Shown in pieces: positions 40,674-51,805 of a DNA stretch of 64,000 nt (positions within the stretch are counted from its first letter, which is position 1; each line of letters starts with the position of its first letter). Below the pieces are notes generated by a model. It did not search any database. It saw only the letters and a list, made by a program, of their open reading frames with translations, and had not been told where the DNA came from. The position numbers and the translations under genes are program-made. This DNA is from Escherichia coli (GTDB lineage Bacteria; Pseudomonadota; Gammaproteobacteria; Enterobacterales; Enterobacteriaceae). The stretch lies in NCBI RefSeq assembly GCF_022846255.1, contig NZ_AP025682.1; one strand, 5' to 3'.

Positions 40674-41864
40674 TCACAGCACCTTATGCGGGCCAAAGCA
40701 TTCGTAATGAATGTTTTCCTGTTTCACGCCCAGATCCACTAACTGTTTCGCGGCAAACTGCATGAAGCCAACCGGGCCGCAGAGATAGAACTGCATTGTC
40801 GGATCGCTGAACGCACCTTCCAGTTTGCTCAAATCCATCAGACCTTCGCTATCAAACTGACCTTTAGCGCGATCGGCTTCGCTCGGCTGACGATACCAGG
40901 TGTGTGCGGTAAAGCGTGGCAGTGATTGACCCAGTTCCTTAACTTCATCGGCAAAGGCGTGAACATTGCCATTTTCTGCCGCATGGAACCAGTTCACTTG
41001 TGCTGTGTGGCCTGCTTTTGCCAGCGTGTCGAGCATTGCCAGCATTGGCGTTTGACCGACACCGGCAGAGATTAACGTCACTGGTGTGTCATCTGCGACA
41101 GCCATAAAGAAATCACCTGCCGGAGCGACCAGTTTCACGACATCGCCAACATTGGCGTGATTGTGCAGCCAGTTGGATACCTGCCCGCCATCTTCGCGTT
41201 TCACCGCAATACGATAGCCTTTGCCATCCGGTTTGCGAGTCAAAGAGTACTGACGAATTTCCTGATGCGGGAAACCTTCCGGCTTCAGCCAGACGCCGAG
41301 ATATTGCCCCGGACGGTATTCTGCCACTGCGCCACCGTCGACCGGCTCCAGTTCGAAGCTGGTGATAAGCGCGCTGCGCGGTGTTTTAGCCACAATGCGG
41401 AAATCGCGAGTACCTTCCCAACCACCGGCTTTGCTGGCGTTTTCGTTATAGATTTCCGCCTCGCGATTGATAAATACATTAGCCAGGACGCCATAGGCTT
41501 TACCCCACGCGTCCAGCACTTCCTGCCCCGGGCTGAACATTTCGTCCAGCGTTGCCAACAGGTGTTCACCGACGATGTTGTACTGTTCCGGTTTGATCTG
41601 GAAACTGGTGTGCTTCTGCGCGATTTTTTCTACCGCTGGCAGCAGCGCAGGCAGGTTTTCAATATTGCTGGCGTAGGCGGCAATAGCGTTAAACAGGGCT
41701 TCACGTTGATCGCCATTACGCTGGTTACTCATGTTAAAAATTTCTTTGAGTTCTGGGTTATGAGTAAACATACGGTCGTAGAAATGGGCGGTTAACTTTG
41801 GTCCCGTTTCCACCAGTAAAGGGATGGTGGCTTTTACTGTAGCGATGGTTTGAGCGTCAAGCAT
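40674..41864 (-). CDS. hmp: Flavohaemoglobin (nitric oxide dioxygenase)
   Basis: 396 aa; N-terminal globin domain plus FAD/NAD-binding reductase domain. Confidence 0.95.
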   Translation of the reverse strand: MLDAQTIATVKATIPLLVETGPKLTAHFYDRMFTHNPELKEIFNMSNQRNGDQREALFNAIAAYASNIENLPALLPAVEKIAQKHTSFQIKPEQYNIVGEHLLATLDEMFSPGQEVLDAWGKAYGVLANVFINREAEIYNENASKAGGWEGTRDFRIVAKTPRSALITSFELEPVDGGAVAEYRPGQYLGVWLKPEGFPHQEIRQYSLTRKPDGKGYRIAVKREDGGQVSNWLHNHANVGDVVKLVAPAGDFFMAVADDTPVTLISAGVGQTPMLAMLDTLAKAGHTAQVNWFHAAENGNVHAFADEVKELGQSLPRFTAHTWYRQPSEADRAKGQFDSEGLMDLSKLEGAFSDPTMQFYLCGPVGFMQFAAKQLVDLGVKQENIHYECFGPHKVL

Positions 41865-41892
41865 ATGGTCTTCCTTTTTTTTTGCATCTTAA

Positions 41893-41915
41893 TTGATGTA
41901 TCTCAAATGCATCTT
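41893..41915. promoter_or_regulatory. NsrR-type operator in the hmp promoter
   Basis: Inverted repeat AAGATGCATTTGAGATACATCAA (reverse strand) about 30-50 bp upstream of the hmp start, in the hmp-glyA divergent region. Confidence 0.55.
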
Positions 41916-42193
41916 ATAAAAAATAGCCCTGCAATGTAAATGGTTCTTTGGTGTTTTTCAGAAAGAATGTGATGAAGTGAAAAATTTGCATCACAAACCT
42001 GAAAAGAAATCCGTTTCCGGTTGCAAGCTCTTTATTCTCCAAAGCCTTGCGCAGCCTGAAGGTAATCGTTTGCGTAAATTCCTTTGTCAAGACCTGTTAT
42101 CGCACAATGATTCGGTTATACTGTTCGCCGTTGTCCAACAGGACCGCCTATAAAGGCCAAAAATTTTATTGTTAGCTGAGTCAGGAGATGCGG

Positions 42194-43447
42194 ATGTTAA
42201 AGCGTGAAATGAACATTGCCGATTATGATGCCGAACTGTGGCAGGCTATGGAGCAGGAAAAAGTACGTCAGGAAGAGCACATCGAACTGATCGCCTCCGA
42301 AAACTACACCAGCCCGCGCGTAATGCAGGCGCAGGGTTCTCAGCTGACCAACAAATATGCTGAAGGTTATCCGGGCAAACGCTACTACGGCGGTTGCGAG
42401 TATGTTGATATCGTTGAACAACTGGCGATCGATCGTGCGAAAGAACTGTTCGGCGCTGACTACGCTAACGTCCAGCCGCACTCCGGCTCCCAGGCTAACT
42501 TTGCGGTGTACACCGCGCTGCTGGAACCAGGCGATACCGTTCTGGGTATGAACCTGGCGCATGGCGGTCACCTGACTCACGGTTCTCCGGTTAACTTCTC
42601 CGGTAAACTGTATAACATCGTTCCTTACGGTATCGATGCTACCGGGCATATCGACTACGCCGATCTGGAAAAACAAGCCAAAGAACACAAACCGAAAATG
42701 ATTATCGGTGGCTTCTCTGCATATTCCGGCGTGGTGGACTGGGCGAAAATGCGTGAAATCGCTGACAGCATCGGTGCTTACCTGTTCGTTGATATGGCGC
42801 ACGTTGCGGGCCTGGTTGCAGCTGGCGTCTACCCGAACCCGGTTCCTCATGCTCACGTTGTTACTACCACCACTCACAAAACCCTGGCGGGTCCGCGCGG
42901 CGGCCTGATCCTGGCGAAAGGTGGTAGCGAAGAGCTGTACAAAAAACTGAACTCTGCCGTTTTCCCTGGTGGTCAGGGTGGTCCGTTGATGCACGTAATC
43001 GCCGGTAAAGCGGTTGCTCTGAAAGAAGCAATGGAACCTGAGTTCAAAACTTACCAGCAGCAGGTCGCGAAAAACGCCAAAGCGATGGTAGAAGTGTTCC
43101 TCGAACGTGGCTACAAAGTGGTTTCTGGTGGTACTGATAACCACCTGTTCCTGGTTGATCTGGTTGATAAAAACCTGACCGGTAAAGAAGCAGACGCCGC
43201 TCTGGGCCGTGCTAACATCACCGTGAACAAAAACAGCGTACCGAACGATCCGAAGAGCCCGTTTGTGACTTCCGGTATTCGTGTAGGTACTCCGGCGATT
43301 ACCCGTCGTGGCTTTAAAGAAGCCGAAGCGAAAGAACTGGCTGGCTGGATGTGTGACGTGCTGGACAGCATCAATGATGAAGCCGTTATCGAGCGCATCA
43401 AAGGTAAAGTTCTCGACATCTGCGCACGTTACCCGGTTTACGCATAA
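42194..43447 (+). CDS. glyA: Serine hydroxymethyltransferase
   Basis: 417 aa from [12 protein letters not shown]; PLP-lysine region [14 protein letters not shown]. Confidence 0.95.
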
Positions 43448-43473
43448 GCGAAACGGTTAATCTGTTGAAAAAA

Positions 43474-43491
43474 GGCTTCCTTCGGGAAGCC
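43474..43491. terminator. Bidirectional hairpin terminator between convergent glyA and yphH
   Basis: GGCTTCC-TTCG-GGAAGCC flanked by A/T runs. Confidence 0.55.
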
Positions 43492-43510
43492 TTTCTACGT
43501 TATCGCGCCA

Positions 43511-44710
43511 TCAAATCTGCCGTAACTGCGCCTCAACATACAAATAGCCAATTCCCAGTACCTGTTGTGCGCGGCTTAATTGCCCAAAGCCAATCTGTGT
43601 CGCTTTCACGCTCGGTCCTTCGTCGCGGTCGAACGGGTTAAATCCCGTCTGGCGAATAATGGTATTAAGCCAGTTCTCACCAAAGGCACAACTGCGACCG
43701 TACAACCAAATCTGATTAATATTGAGGATGTTGAGGAAGTTATACAGACTCAAACCAATGGCGTTGGCACTGTGGTCAACCCAACTGGTGATCCACGGTT
43801 CTCCACTCTGCCAGGCAGCGATTAACTGCGCGGTAGTCAGTTTTTCAGGATCAAGCTGAGTATTAACCGGTTGTGATTTTAGCCATACCCGCGCCTGTTT
43901 TTTTAATGCGCTTAACGAGGCGACGGTTTCCAGGCAGCCATAACGTCCGCAGTCGCAGACGACGCCATCCGGATTAACGATGGTGTGACCAATCTGTCCG
44001 CTACCATACAAACTGCCGCGATAAATTTGCTCGTTAATCACGAACGACGAGCCAATGCCGTAATCAACGTTGATCACGCAGAAATCCCGGCCCTGCGAAT
44101 TATTTTGCCATTTCTCCGCCAGCGCCAGCATCACGCAGTCATTATCGACCATCACCCGAATGCCGAGCTTCTCTTCCAGCAGATATTTTACCTCAACCGG
44201 CGTTGTCCACGGCGCTTGCGGCATGGTTTGCGACACGCCGGTCACCGGATCAACCTGACCGTGGATTGCCAGCGCCAGGTTGATGGTACGGTCCGGCCAC
44301 AATTTACGGTGGCGATGCCAGCATTTTTCGATTTCGGACAGCAGCGCCTGCGGCGTCGGTGCATCAATCTGTAAATACTCAAATTCACCTTTCGGACTTA
44401 AACAAGCATTAGCAACCTGACACTCAATACTGGTGGGCGTCACGTTCAGGCACAGCGTCCAGTCACCTTCCGGCGCAATCAGCCATGTACCGCTACTATG
44501 CCCGCGCGTCTGGCTTTCATCGTCGATATTCACCACCCGTTTTTCGCTTTCCAGTTCCTGCAAAATATTACTGACTGCCGGAATCGAAATTTGCGCCAGC
44601 CGGGCCAGTGTCGATTTATTGGCGCGCTTTTGCCGGTACAGCAGTTCCAGAATCACGCATTTGTTATGGTGGCGAATCTGTTGATTATTAATGCAGGCTC
44701 TCATCTTCAC
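43511..44710 (-). CDS. yphH: ROK-family (NagC/XylR-like) transcriptional regulator
   Basis: N-terminal HTH, sugar-kinase-like fold with Cys/His cluster; synteny. Confidence 0.75.
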   Translation of the reverse strand: MKMRACINNQQIRHHNKCVILELLYRQKRANKSTLARLAQISIPAVSNILQELESEKRVVNIDDESQTRGHSSGTWLIAPEGDWTLCLNVTPTSIECQVANACLSPKGEFEYLQIDAPTPQALLSEIEKCWHRHRKLWPDRTINLALAIHGQVDPVTGVSQTMPQAPWTTPVEVKYLLEEKLGIRVMVDNDCVMLALAEKWQNNSQGRDFCVINVDYGIGSSFVINEQIYRGSLYGSGQIGHTIVNPDGVVCDCGRYGCLETVASLSALKKQARVWLKSQPVNTQLDPEKLTTAQLIAAWQSGEPWITSWVDHSANAIGLSLYNFLNILNINQIWLYGRSCAFGENWLNTIIRQTGFNPFDRDEGPSVKATQIGFGQLSRAQQVLGIGYLYVEAQLRQI

Positions 44711-44821
44711 TAAACCTTGTTTAGTTAATTGCGTGATTATTCCACGAAAACATTGCCAGATTGTTCAATACACTGCCACAAATCTTTTAATTCAGTATGT
44801 CTTGTTAATATTGAGGGTACC

Positions 44822-47800
44822 ATGACTCCAGTAAAAGTGTGGCAAGAGCGCGTTGAGATCCCGACCTATGAAACCGGGCCGCAGGATATACATCCCATGT
44901 TCCTGGAAAATCGCGTTTATCAGGGATCGTCCGGCGCGGTTTATCCCTACGGCGTGACCGATACGCTGAGCGAGCAGAAAACCCTGAAATCCTGGCAGGC
45001 GGTGTGGCTGGAAAACGACTACATCAAAGTGATGATCCTGCCGGAACTGGGCGGTCGGGTGCATCGCGCGTGGGATAAAGTGAAACAGCGCGATTTTGTT
45101 TATCACAATGAAGTCATTAAACCGGCGCTGGTGGGACTGCTGGGGCCGTGGATCTCCGGCGGGATTGAGTTTAACTGGCCGCAACACCATCGCCCGACCA
45201 CCTTTATGCCCGTTGATTTCACCCTCGAAGCCCATGACGACGGCGCACAGACGGTGTGGGTCGGCGAAACGGAGCCGATGCACGGTTTACAGGTGATGAC
45301 AGGTTTCACCCTGCGCCCTGACCGGGCGGCGCTGGAAATCGCCAGTCGCGTCTATAACGGCAACGCCACGCCGCGTCATTTCTTGTGGTGGGCCAACCCG
45401 GCAGTGAAAGGGGGTGAAGGGCATCAGAGCGTTTTCCCACCGGATGTGACTGCGGTGTTTGATCACGGCAAACGGGCCGTCTCCGCTTTCCCCATCGCCA
45501 CCGGCACTTACTACAAAGTGGACTACTCCGCCGGAGTGGACATTTCTCGCTATAAAAATGTGCCCGTTCCAACCTCATATATGGCTGAAAAATCACAGTA
45601 CGATTTTGTTGGCGCGTGGTGTCACGATGAAGATGGTGGTTTGCTACACGTTGCCAACCACCATATTGCGCCAGGTAAAAAACAGTGGAGCTGGGGACAC
45701 AGTGAATTTGGCCAGGCGTGGGATAAGAGCCTGACCGACAATAACGGTCCGTATATCGAACTGATGACCGGTATTTTTGCCGATAACCAGCCTGATTTTA
45801 CCTGGCTTGATGCTTACGAGGAGAAGCGTTTCGAGCAGTATTTCCTGCCTTACCATTCTTTGGGCATGGTGCAAAACGCCTCCCGCGATGCGGTGATTAA
45901 ACTCCAGCGTAGCGAGCGGGGGATTGAGTGGGGGCTGTATGCCATCTCTCCGTTGAACGGATACCGTCTGGCGATCCGCGAAATCGGCAAATGCAACGCG
46001 TTGCTCGATGATGCGGTGGTCCTGACACCAGCGACCGCCATCCAGGGCGTGTTGCACGGTATCAATCCTGAAAGGCTGACCATTGAGCTCTCCGATGCCG
46101 ACGGCAATATTGTACTGAGTTATCAGGAACATCAGCCGCAAGCGTTGCCGTTGCCGGACGTCGCCAAAGCGCCACTGGCAGCACAAGACATTACCAGTAC
46201 AGATGAAGCCTGGTTTATCGGTCAACATCTGGAGCAATATCATCACGCCAGCCGTTCACCGTTCGATTACTATCTGCGCGGCGTGGCGCTGGATCCGCTG
46301 GATTATCGCTGTAATCTGGCGCTGGCAATGCTGGAATATAACCGTGCCGATTTCCCGCAAGCGGTGGTATATGCCAGTCAGGCACTGAAACGCGCACATG
46401 CGCTGAACAAAAATCCGCAGTGCGGACAGGCGAGTTTGATTCGCGCCAGCGCTTACGAACGTCAGGGGCAATATCAACAAGCCGAAGAGGATTTCTGGCG
46501 TGCGGTCTGGAGCGGCAACAGTAAAGCGGGCGGCTATTATGGTCTGGCACGACTGGCGGCGCGTAATGGTAACTTCGACACTGGTCTGGATTTTTGCCAA
46601 CAAAGTCTTCGCGCCTGCCCAACCAATCAGGAAGTGCTTTGCCTGCATAACCTGCTACTGGTGTTAAGTGGTCGTCAGGACAACGCGCGTTTGCAGCGCG
46701 AGAAACTGCTGCGTGATTATCCGCTGAACGCCACTCTGTGGTGGCTGAACTGGTTCGATGGTCGTAGCGAATCAGCCCTCGCGCAGTGGCGAGGTCTTTG
46801 TCAGGGACGCGACGTTAACGCCCTGATGACCGCCGGGCAACTGATTAACTGGGGCATGCCCGCCCTGGCGGCAGATATGCTGAACGCACTGGACTGTCAG
46901 CGCACGCTACCGCTTTACCTGCAAGCCAGTTTGCTACCAAAAGCTGAACGCGGAGAACTGGTCGTAAAAGCTATTGATGCCTTCCCGCAGTTTGTCCGTT
47001 TCCCTAATACGCTGGAAGAAGTGGCGGCGCTGGAGAGTATCGAAGAGTGCTGGTTTGCCCGGCATTTACTGGCCTGCTTCTACTACAACAAGCGTAGCTA
47101 CGGCAAAGCCATTGCCTTATGGCAGCGTTGCGTAGAGATGTCGCCGGAGTTTGCCGACGGCTGGCGCGGGTTGGCGATCCATGCGTGGAATAAGCAGCAC
47201 GATTATGAGCTGGCCGCGCGTTATCTTGATAATGCTTATCAGCTTGCGCCGCAGGATGCACGTCTGCTTTTCGAACGGGATTTGCTGGATAAGTTAAGCG
47301 GTGTCACACCGGAGAAACGACTGGCGCGTCTGGAAAATAATCTGGAAATTGCGCTGAAACGCGACGACATGACCGCAGAACTGCTCAATTTGTGGCATCT
47401 CACTGGTCAGGCAGACAAAGCGGCGGACATTCTCGCCACGCGCAAATTCCACCCGTGGGAAGGTGGGGAAGGGAAGGTCACCAGCCAGTTTATCCTCAAC
47501 CAGTTATTACGCGCCTGGCAGCATCTTGATGCCAGAGAGCCGCAGCAGGCCAGCGAACTGCTTCATGCCGCGCTGCATTATCCGGAGAATTTAAGCGAAG
47601 GCCGTTTACCGGGGCAAACTGACAACGACATCTGGTTCTGGCAGGCAGTATGCGCCAACGTGCAGGGCGATGAAACTGAAGCGACGCGTTGTTTACGTCT
47701 GGCGGCGACCGGCGATCGCACCATTAACATCCACAGTTATTACAACGATCAGCCGGTTGATTATCTCTTCTGGCAAGGAATGGCGCTGCGACTGCTGGGC

Positions 47801-48103
47801 GAACAACACACCGCACAGCAACTGTTTAGTGAAATGAAACAGTGGGCACAAGAGATGGCGAAAACCAGTATCGAAGCGGATTTCTTTGCCGTCTCGCAGC
47901 CTGACTTGTTGTCGCTGTATGGCGATTTACAACAGCAGCATAAAGAAAAATGCCTGATGGTGGCGATGCTGGCGGCCGCGGGATTAGGGGAGGTTGCGCA
48001 CTATGAATCTGCTCGCGCTGAATTGATGGCGATTAATCCAGCCTGGCCGAAAGCGGCATTATTCACCACCGTGATGCCTTTTATTTTTAGCTACGTTCAC
48101 TAA
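44822..48103 (+). CDS. yphG: Large TPR-containing protein YphG
   Basis: 1093 aa from MTPVKVWQ; C-terminal TPR-like repeats; synteny with yphF-A. Confidence 0.7.
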   Translation: MTPVKVWQERVEIPTYETGPQDIHPMFLENRVYQGSSGAVYPYGVTDTLSEQKTLKSWQAVWLENDYIKVMILPELGGRVHRAWDKVKQRDFVYHNEVIKPALVGLLGPWISGGIEFNWPQHHRPTTFMPVDFTLEAHDDGAQTVWVGETEPMHGLQVMTGFTLRPDRAALEIASRVYNGNATPRHFLWWANPAVKGGEGHQSVFPPDVTAVFDHGKRAVSAFPIATGTYYKVDYSAGVDISRYKNVPVPTSYMAEKSQYDFVGAWCHDEDGGLLHVANHHIAPGKKQWSWGHSEFGQAWDKSLTDNNGPYIELMTGIFADNQPDFTWLDAYEEKRFEQYFLPYHSLGMVQNASRDAVIKLQRSERGIEWGLYAISPLNGYRLAIREIGKCNALLDDAVVLTPATAIQGVLHGINPERLTIELSDADGNIVLSYQEHQPQALPLPDVAKAPLAAQDITSTDEAWFIGQHLEQYHHASRSPFDYYLRGVALDPLDYRCNLALAMLEYNRADFPQAVVYASQALKRAHALNKNPQCGQASLIRASAYERQGQYQQAEEDFWRAVWSGNSKAGGYYGLARLAARNGNFDTGLDFCQQSLRACPTNQEVLCLHNLLLVLSGRQDNARLQREKLLRDYPLNATLWWLNWFDGRSESALAQWRGLCQGRDVNALMTAGQLINWGMPALAADMLNALDCQRTLPLYLQASLLPKAERGELVVKAIDAFPQFVRFPNTLEEVAALESIEECWFARHLLACFYYNKRSYGKAIALWQRCVEMSPEFADGWRGLAIHAWNKQHDYELAARYLDNAYQLAPQDARLLFERDLLDKLSGVTPEKRLARLENNLEIALKRDDMTAELLNLWHLTGQADKAADILATRKFHPWEGGEGKVTSQFILNQLLRAWQHLDAREPQQASELLHAALHYPENLSEGRLPGQTDNDIWFWQAVCANVQGDETEATRCLRLAATGDRTINIHSYYNDQPVDYLFWQGMALRLLGEQHTAQQLFSEMKQWAQEMAKTSIEADFFAVSQPDLLSLYGDLQQQHKEKCLMVAMLAAAGLGEVAHYESARAELMAINPAWPKAALFTTVMPFIFSYVH

Positions 48104-48199
48104 ACCCTATTAACTGTAATATTTGAGCGGCACGCGCTGCCGCTCACGCTCAAATAATTAAAATAAGCCGTTGTAAATAAAAACCCTACAGGAGGCACT

Positions 48200-49183
48200 A
48201 TGCCTAAAAAAATGACAAGAACCCGTAATTTATTATTAATAGCTACGCTATTGGGTAGCGCACTATTTGCCAGGGCTTCTGATAAAGACATGACTATTGG
48301 CGCAATATACCTTGATACCCAGGGATATTACGCCGGAGTGCGTCAGGGCGTTCAGGATGCGGCAAAAGATTCTTCAGTACAGGTACAGTTAATTGAAACT
48401 AACGCTCAGGGCGATATTTCGAAAGAAAGTACCTTTGTTGATACCCTCGTGGCGCGTAATGTCGATGCCATTATTTTATCGGCAGTGTCTGAAAATGGCA
48501 GTAGCCGTACCGTTCGTCGCGCCAGTGAAGCGGGTATTCCGGTGATTTGCTACAACACCTGTATTAATCAAAAGGGTGTCGATAAATATGTCTCGGCATA
48601 TCTGGTTGGTGACCCGCTGGAATTTGGTAAAAAACTGGGTAACGCAGCCGCCGATTATTTTATTGCCAACAAAATTGACCAGCCGAAAATTGCCGTCATC
48701 AATTGCGAAGCCTTTGAAGTTTGTGTGCAGCGACGTAAAGGATTTGAAGAAGTATTAAAATCCCGCGTTCCCGGCGCGCAAATAGTCGCTAATCAGGAAG
48801 GGACTGTTTTAGATAAAGCGATTTCCGTTGGTGAAAAACTGATTATCTCCACGCCGGATCTCAACGCCATTATGGGGGAATCGGGCGGAGCGACACTCGG
48901 CGCGGTAAAAGCGGTACGTAATCAAAATCAGGCCGGAAAAATTGCTGTTTTCGGTTCGGATATGACCACTGAAATTGCTCAGGAGCTGGAAAACAATCAG
49001 GTGTTGAAAGCGGTGGTGGATATTTCCGGTAAGAAAATGGGCAATGCTGTTTTCGCGCAAACTTTGAAGGTTATCAATAAACAAGCCGACGGTGAAAAAG
49101 TGATTCAGGTGCCTATCGATCTCTATACCAAAACGGAAGACGGTAAACAGTGGCTGGCAACGCACGTTGATGGTCTGCCCTAA
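48200..49183 (+). CDS. yphF: ABC transporter periplasmic sugar-binding protein
   Basis: 327 aa; signal peptide; upstream of ABC ATPase and permease genes. Confidence 0.8.
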   Translation: MPKKMTRTRNLLLIATLLGSALFARASDKDMTIGAIYLDTQGYYAGVRQGVQDAAKDSSVQVQLIETNAQGDISKESTFVDTLVARNVDAIILSAVSENGSSRTVRRASEAGIPVICYNTCINQKGVDKYVSAYLVGDPLEFGKKLGNAAADYFIANKIDQPKIAVINCEAFEVCVQRRKGFEEVLKSRVPGAQIVANQEGTVLDKAISVGEKLIISTPDLNAIMGESGGATLGAVKAVRNQNQAGKIAVFGSDMTTEIAQELENNQVLKAVVDISGKKMGNAVFAQTLKVINKQADGEKVIQVPIDLYTKTEDGKQWLATHVDGLP

Positions 49184-49205
49184 TCGCTGATTCGCAGAGG
49201 TCCCT

Positions 49206-50717
49206 ATGTTCACGGCAACAGAGGCAGTCCCGGTAGCAAAAGTGGTGGCAGGAAATAAGCGTTACCCCGGCGTCGTTGCGCTGGATAACGTTAACTTCAC
49301 GCTCAATAAAGGCGAAGTTCGCGCGCTGTTAGGCAAAAACGGTGCGGGAAAATCGACCCTCATTCGAATGCTGACCGGTAGCGAACGTCCGGATAGCGGT
49401 GATATCTGGATTGGCGAGACGCGACTGGAAGGTGACGAAGCTACGCTGACTCGCCGTGCCGCTGAACTGGGGGTTCGTGCGGTTTATCAGGAGTTAAGTC
49501 TGGTGGAAGGGCTGACAGTGGCGGAAAACCTCTGCCTCGGTCAGTGGCCCCGCCGCAACGGCATGATTGATTACCTGCAAATGGCGCAGGACGCCCAACG
49601 TTGCTTGCAGGCGTTGGGCGTTGACGTTAGTCCTGAACAACTTGTTTCAACACTAAGCCCGGCGCAAAAGCAACTGGTGGAAATTGCGCGGGTGATGAAG
49701 GGCGAGCCGCGCGTGGTCATTCTTGATGAACCCACCAGCTCGCTTGCCAGTGCGGAAGTTGAACTGGTGATCAGCGCGGTGAAAAAGATGTCGGCACTGG
49801 GCGTGGCGGTGATTTATGTCAGCCACCGGATGGAAGAAATTCGCCGCATTGCCTCCTGTGCCACCGTTATGCGCGATGGTCAGGTGGCGGGCGATGTGAT
49901 GCTCGAAAACACCTCTACGCATCATATTGTGTCGCTAATGCTCGGGCGCGATCACGTTGATATTGCGCCGGTTGCCCCTCAGGAAATTATGGATCAGGCC
50001 GTGCTGGAAGTCCGTGCGTTACGCCATAAGCCCAAGCTGGAGGATATCAGCTTTACGCTACGTCGCGGCGAAGTGCTCGGCATTGCTGGCCTGCTGGGGG
50101 CAGGGCGCAGTGAATTGCTGAAGGCGATTGTTGGGCTGGAGACGTATGAACAGGGCGAAATTGTTATCAACGGCGAGAAAATCACGCGCCCCGATTACGG
50201 CGACATGCTGAAACGCGGCATTGGCTATACGCCAGAAAACCGCAAAGAAGCGGGGATCATTCCCTGGCTGGGCGTTGACGAAAATACAGTGCTGACCAAT
50301 CGGCAAAAAATCAGCGCCAACGGTGTGCTGCAATGGTCCACCATCCGCCGCCTGACCGAAGAGGTGATGCAGCGGATGACGGTCAAGGCCGCCAGTAGCG
50401 AAACGCCCATCGGCACGCTTTCTGGCGGCAATCAGCAAAAAGTGGTGATCGGTCGTTGGGTCTATGCCGCCAGCCAGATTTTGTTGCTCGACGAGCCAAC
50501 GCGTGGCGTCGATATCGAAGCCAAACAGCAGATTTACCGTATTGTCCGCGAGCTGGCTGCCGAAGGAAAAAGCGTGGTGTTTATCTCCAGTGAAGTGGAG
50601 GAGTTGCCGCTGGTGTGTGACCGCATCCTGTTATTACAGCACGGCACGTTCTCGCAGGAGTTTCACTCTCCGGTCAATGTGGATGAGCTGATGTCCGCCA
50701 TTCTGTCTGTGCACTGA
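49206..50717 (+). CDS. yphE: ABC transporter ATP-binding protein (two fused ATPase domains)
   Basis: 503 aa; Walker A GKNGAGKST and ABC signature LSGGNQQK. Confidence 0.85.
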   Translation: MFTATEAVPVAKVVAGNKRYPGVVALDNVNFTLNKGEVRALLGKNGAGKSTLIRMLTGSERPDSGDIWIGETRLEGDEATLTRRAAELGVRAVYQELSLVEGLTVAENLCLGQWPRRNGMIDYLQMAQDAQRCLQALGVDVSPEQLVSTLSPAQKQLVEIARVMKGEPRVVILDEPTSSLASAEVELVISAVKKMSALGVAVIYVSHRMEEIRRIASCATVMRDGQVAGDVMLENTSTHHIVSLMLGRDHVDIAPVAPQEIMDQAVLEVRALRHKPKLEDISFTLRRGEVLGIAGLLGAGRSELLKAIVGLETYEQGEIVINGEKITRPDYGDMLKRGIGYTPENRKEAGIIPWLGVDENTVLTNRQKISANGVLQWSTIRRLTEEVMQRMTVKAASSETPIGTLSGGNQQKVVIGRWVYAASQILLLDEPTRGVDIEAKQQIYRIVRELAAEGKSVVFISSEVEELPLVCDRILLLQHGTFSQEFHSPVNVDELMSAILSVH

Positions 50718-50741
50718 TGAATTTTACCGAGGAACCTGAAG

Positions 50742-51740
50742 ATGTCTGCTTCGTCATTACCATTGCCGCAGGGCAAGAGCGTCTCGCTCAAACAATTTGT
50801 CAGTCGCCATATTAATGAGATCGGTTTGCTGGTGGTGATTGCCATTCTTTATCTGGTCTTCTCCCTGAACGCGCCTGGCTTTATCTCATTGAATAACCAG
50901 ATGAACGTGCTGCGCGATGCCGCCACCATCGGGATCGCCGCCTGGGCGATGACGCTGATTATTATCTCCGGTGAAATTGATGTCAGCGTTGGGCCGATGG
51001 TGGCTTTTGTTTCAGTGTGCTTGGCGTTTTTGCTGCAATTTGAAGTTCCGCTGGCGATTGCTTGTCTGCTGGTGTTGCTGTTAGGTGCGCTGATGGGAAC
51101 GCTGGCCGGGGTGCTGCGCGGCGTGTTTAATGTGCCAAGTTTTGTTGCCACGCTGGGTTTATGGAGCGCCCTGCGCGGAATGGGGCTGTTTATGACGAAC
51201 GCCTTGCCAGTGCCAATTAACGAAAACGAAGTGCTGGACTGGCTGGGCGGACAATTTCTCGGTGTGCCGGTATCCGCGCTGATCATGATGGTGTTATTTG
51301 CGCTGTTTGTGTTCATTAGCCGCAAAACCGCCTTCGGGCGCTCGGTTTTTGCTGTTGGCGGTAATGCCACTGCAGCGCAGTTGTGCGGTATTAACGTTCG
51401 TCGGGTACGCATTCTTATTTTTACCCTTTCGGGATTATTAGCGGCGGTGACCGGCATTTTGTTGGCGGCGCGCCTCGGTTCCGGTAACGCAGGTGCCGCA
51501 AACGGTCTGGAGTTTGACGTCATCGCCGCGGTCGTGGTCGGCGGTACGGCGCTTTCCGGTGGTCGCGGCTCGTTGTTCGGTACGCTGCTTGGCGTACTGG
51601 TGATTACGCTAATCGGTAACGGTCTGGTGCTGCTCGGGATTAACTCCTTTTTCCAGCAGGTGGTGCGCGGCGTCATCATCGTGGTGGCGGTGCTGGCGAA
51701 TATCTTGCTGACCCAGCGTAGCAGTAAAGCGAAACGCTAA
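50742..51740 (+). CDS. yphD: ABC transporter permease
   Basis: 332 aa; multiple TM helices; operon position. Confidence 0.85.
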   Translation: MSASSLPLPQGKSVSLKQFVSRHINEIGLLVVIAILYLVFSLNAPGFISLNNQMNVLRDAATIGIAAWAMTLIIISGEIDVSVGPMVAFVSVCLAFLLQFEVPLAIACLLVLLLGALMGTLAGVLRGVFNVPSFVATLGLWSALRGMGLFMTNALPVPINENEVLDWLGGQFLGVPVSALIMMVLFALFVFISRKTAFGRSVFAVGGNATAAQLCGINVRRVRILIFTLSGLLAAVTGILLAARLGSGNAGAANGLEFDVIAAVVVGGTALSGGRGSLFGTLLGVLVITLIGNGLVLLGINSFFQQVVRGVIIVVAVLANILLTQRSSKAKR

Positions 51741-51805
51741 ACCTTAACGCCCCTGGCGCGGGTGCGGCAGGGATGAAAATTAATCGTATTGTTAATGAGG
51801 GATTT

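Noticed and set aside
41157-41795. 212-aa plus-strand ORF inside hmp
   Set aside because: Antisense to hmp coding sequence.
42197-43144. 315-aa minus-strand ORF overlapping glyA
   Set aside because: Antisense to glyA; no independent start or RBS context.
45644-46648. Minus-strand ORFs (200, 135, 130 aa) within yphG
   Set aside because: Antisense to the long yphG frame; low-complexity translations.
50849-51679. 276-aa minus-strand ORF inside yphD
   Set aside because: Antisense to the ABC permease gene; Pro/Ala/Thr-rich junk translation.
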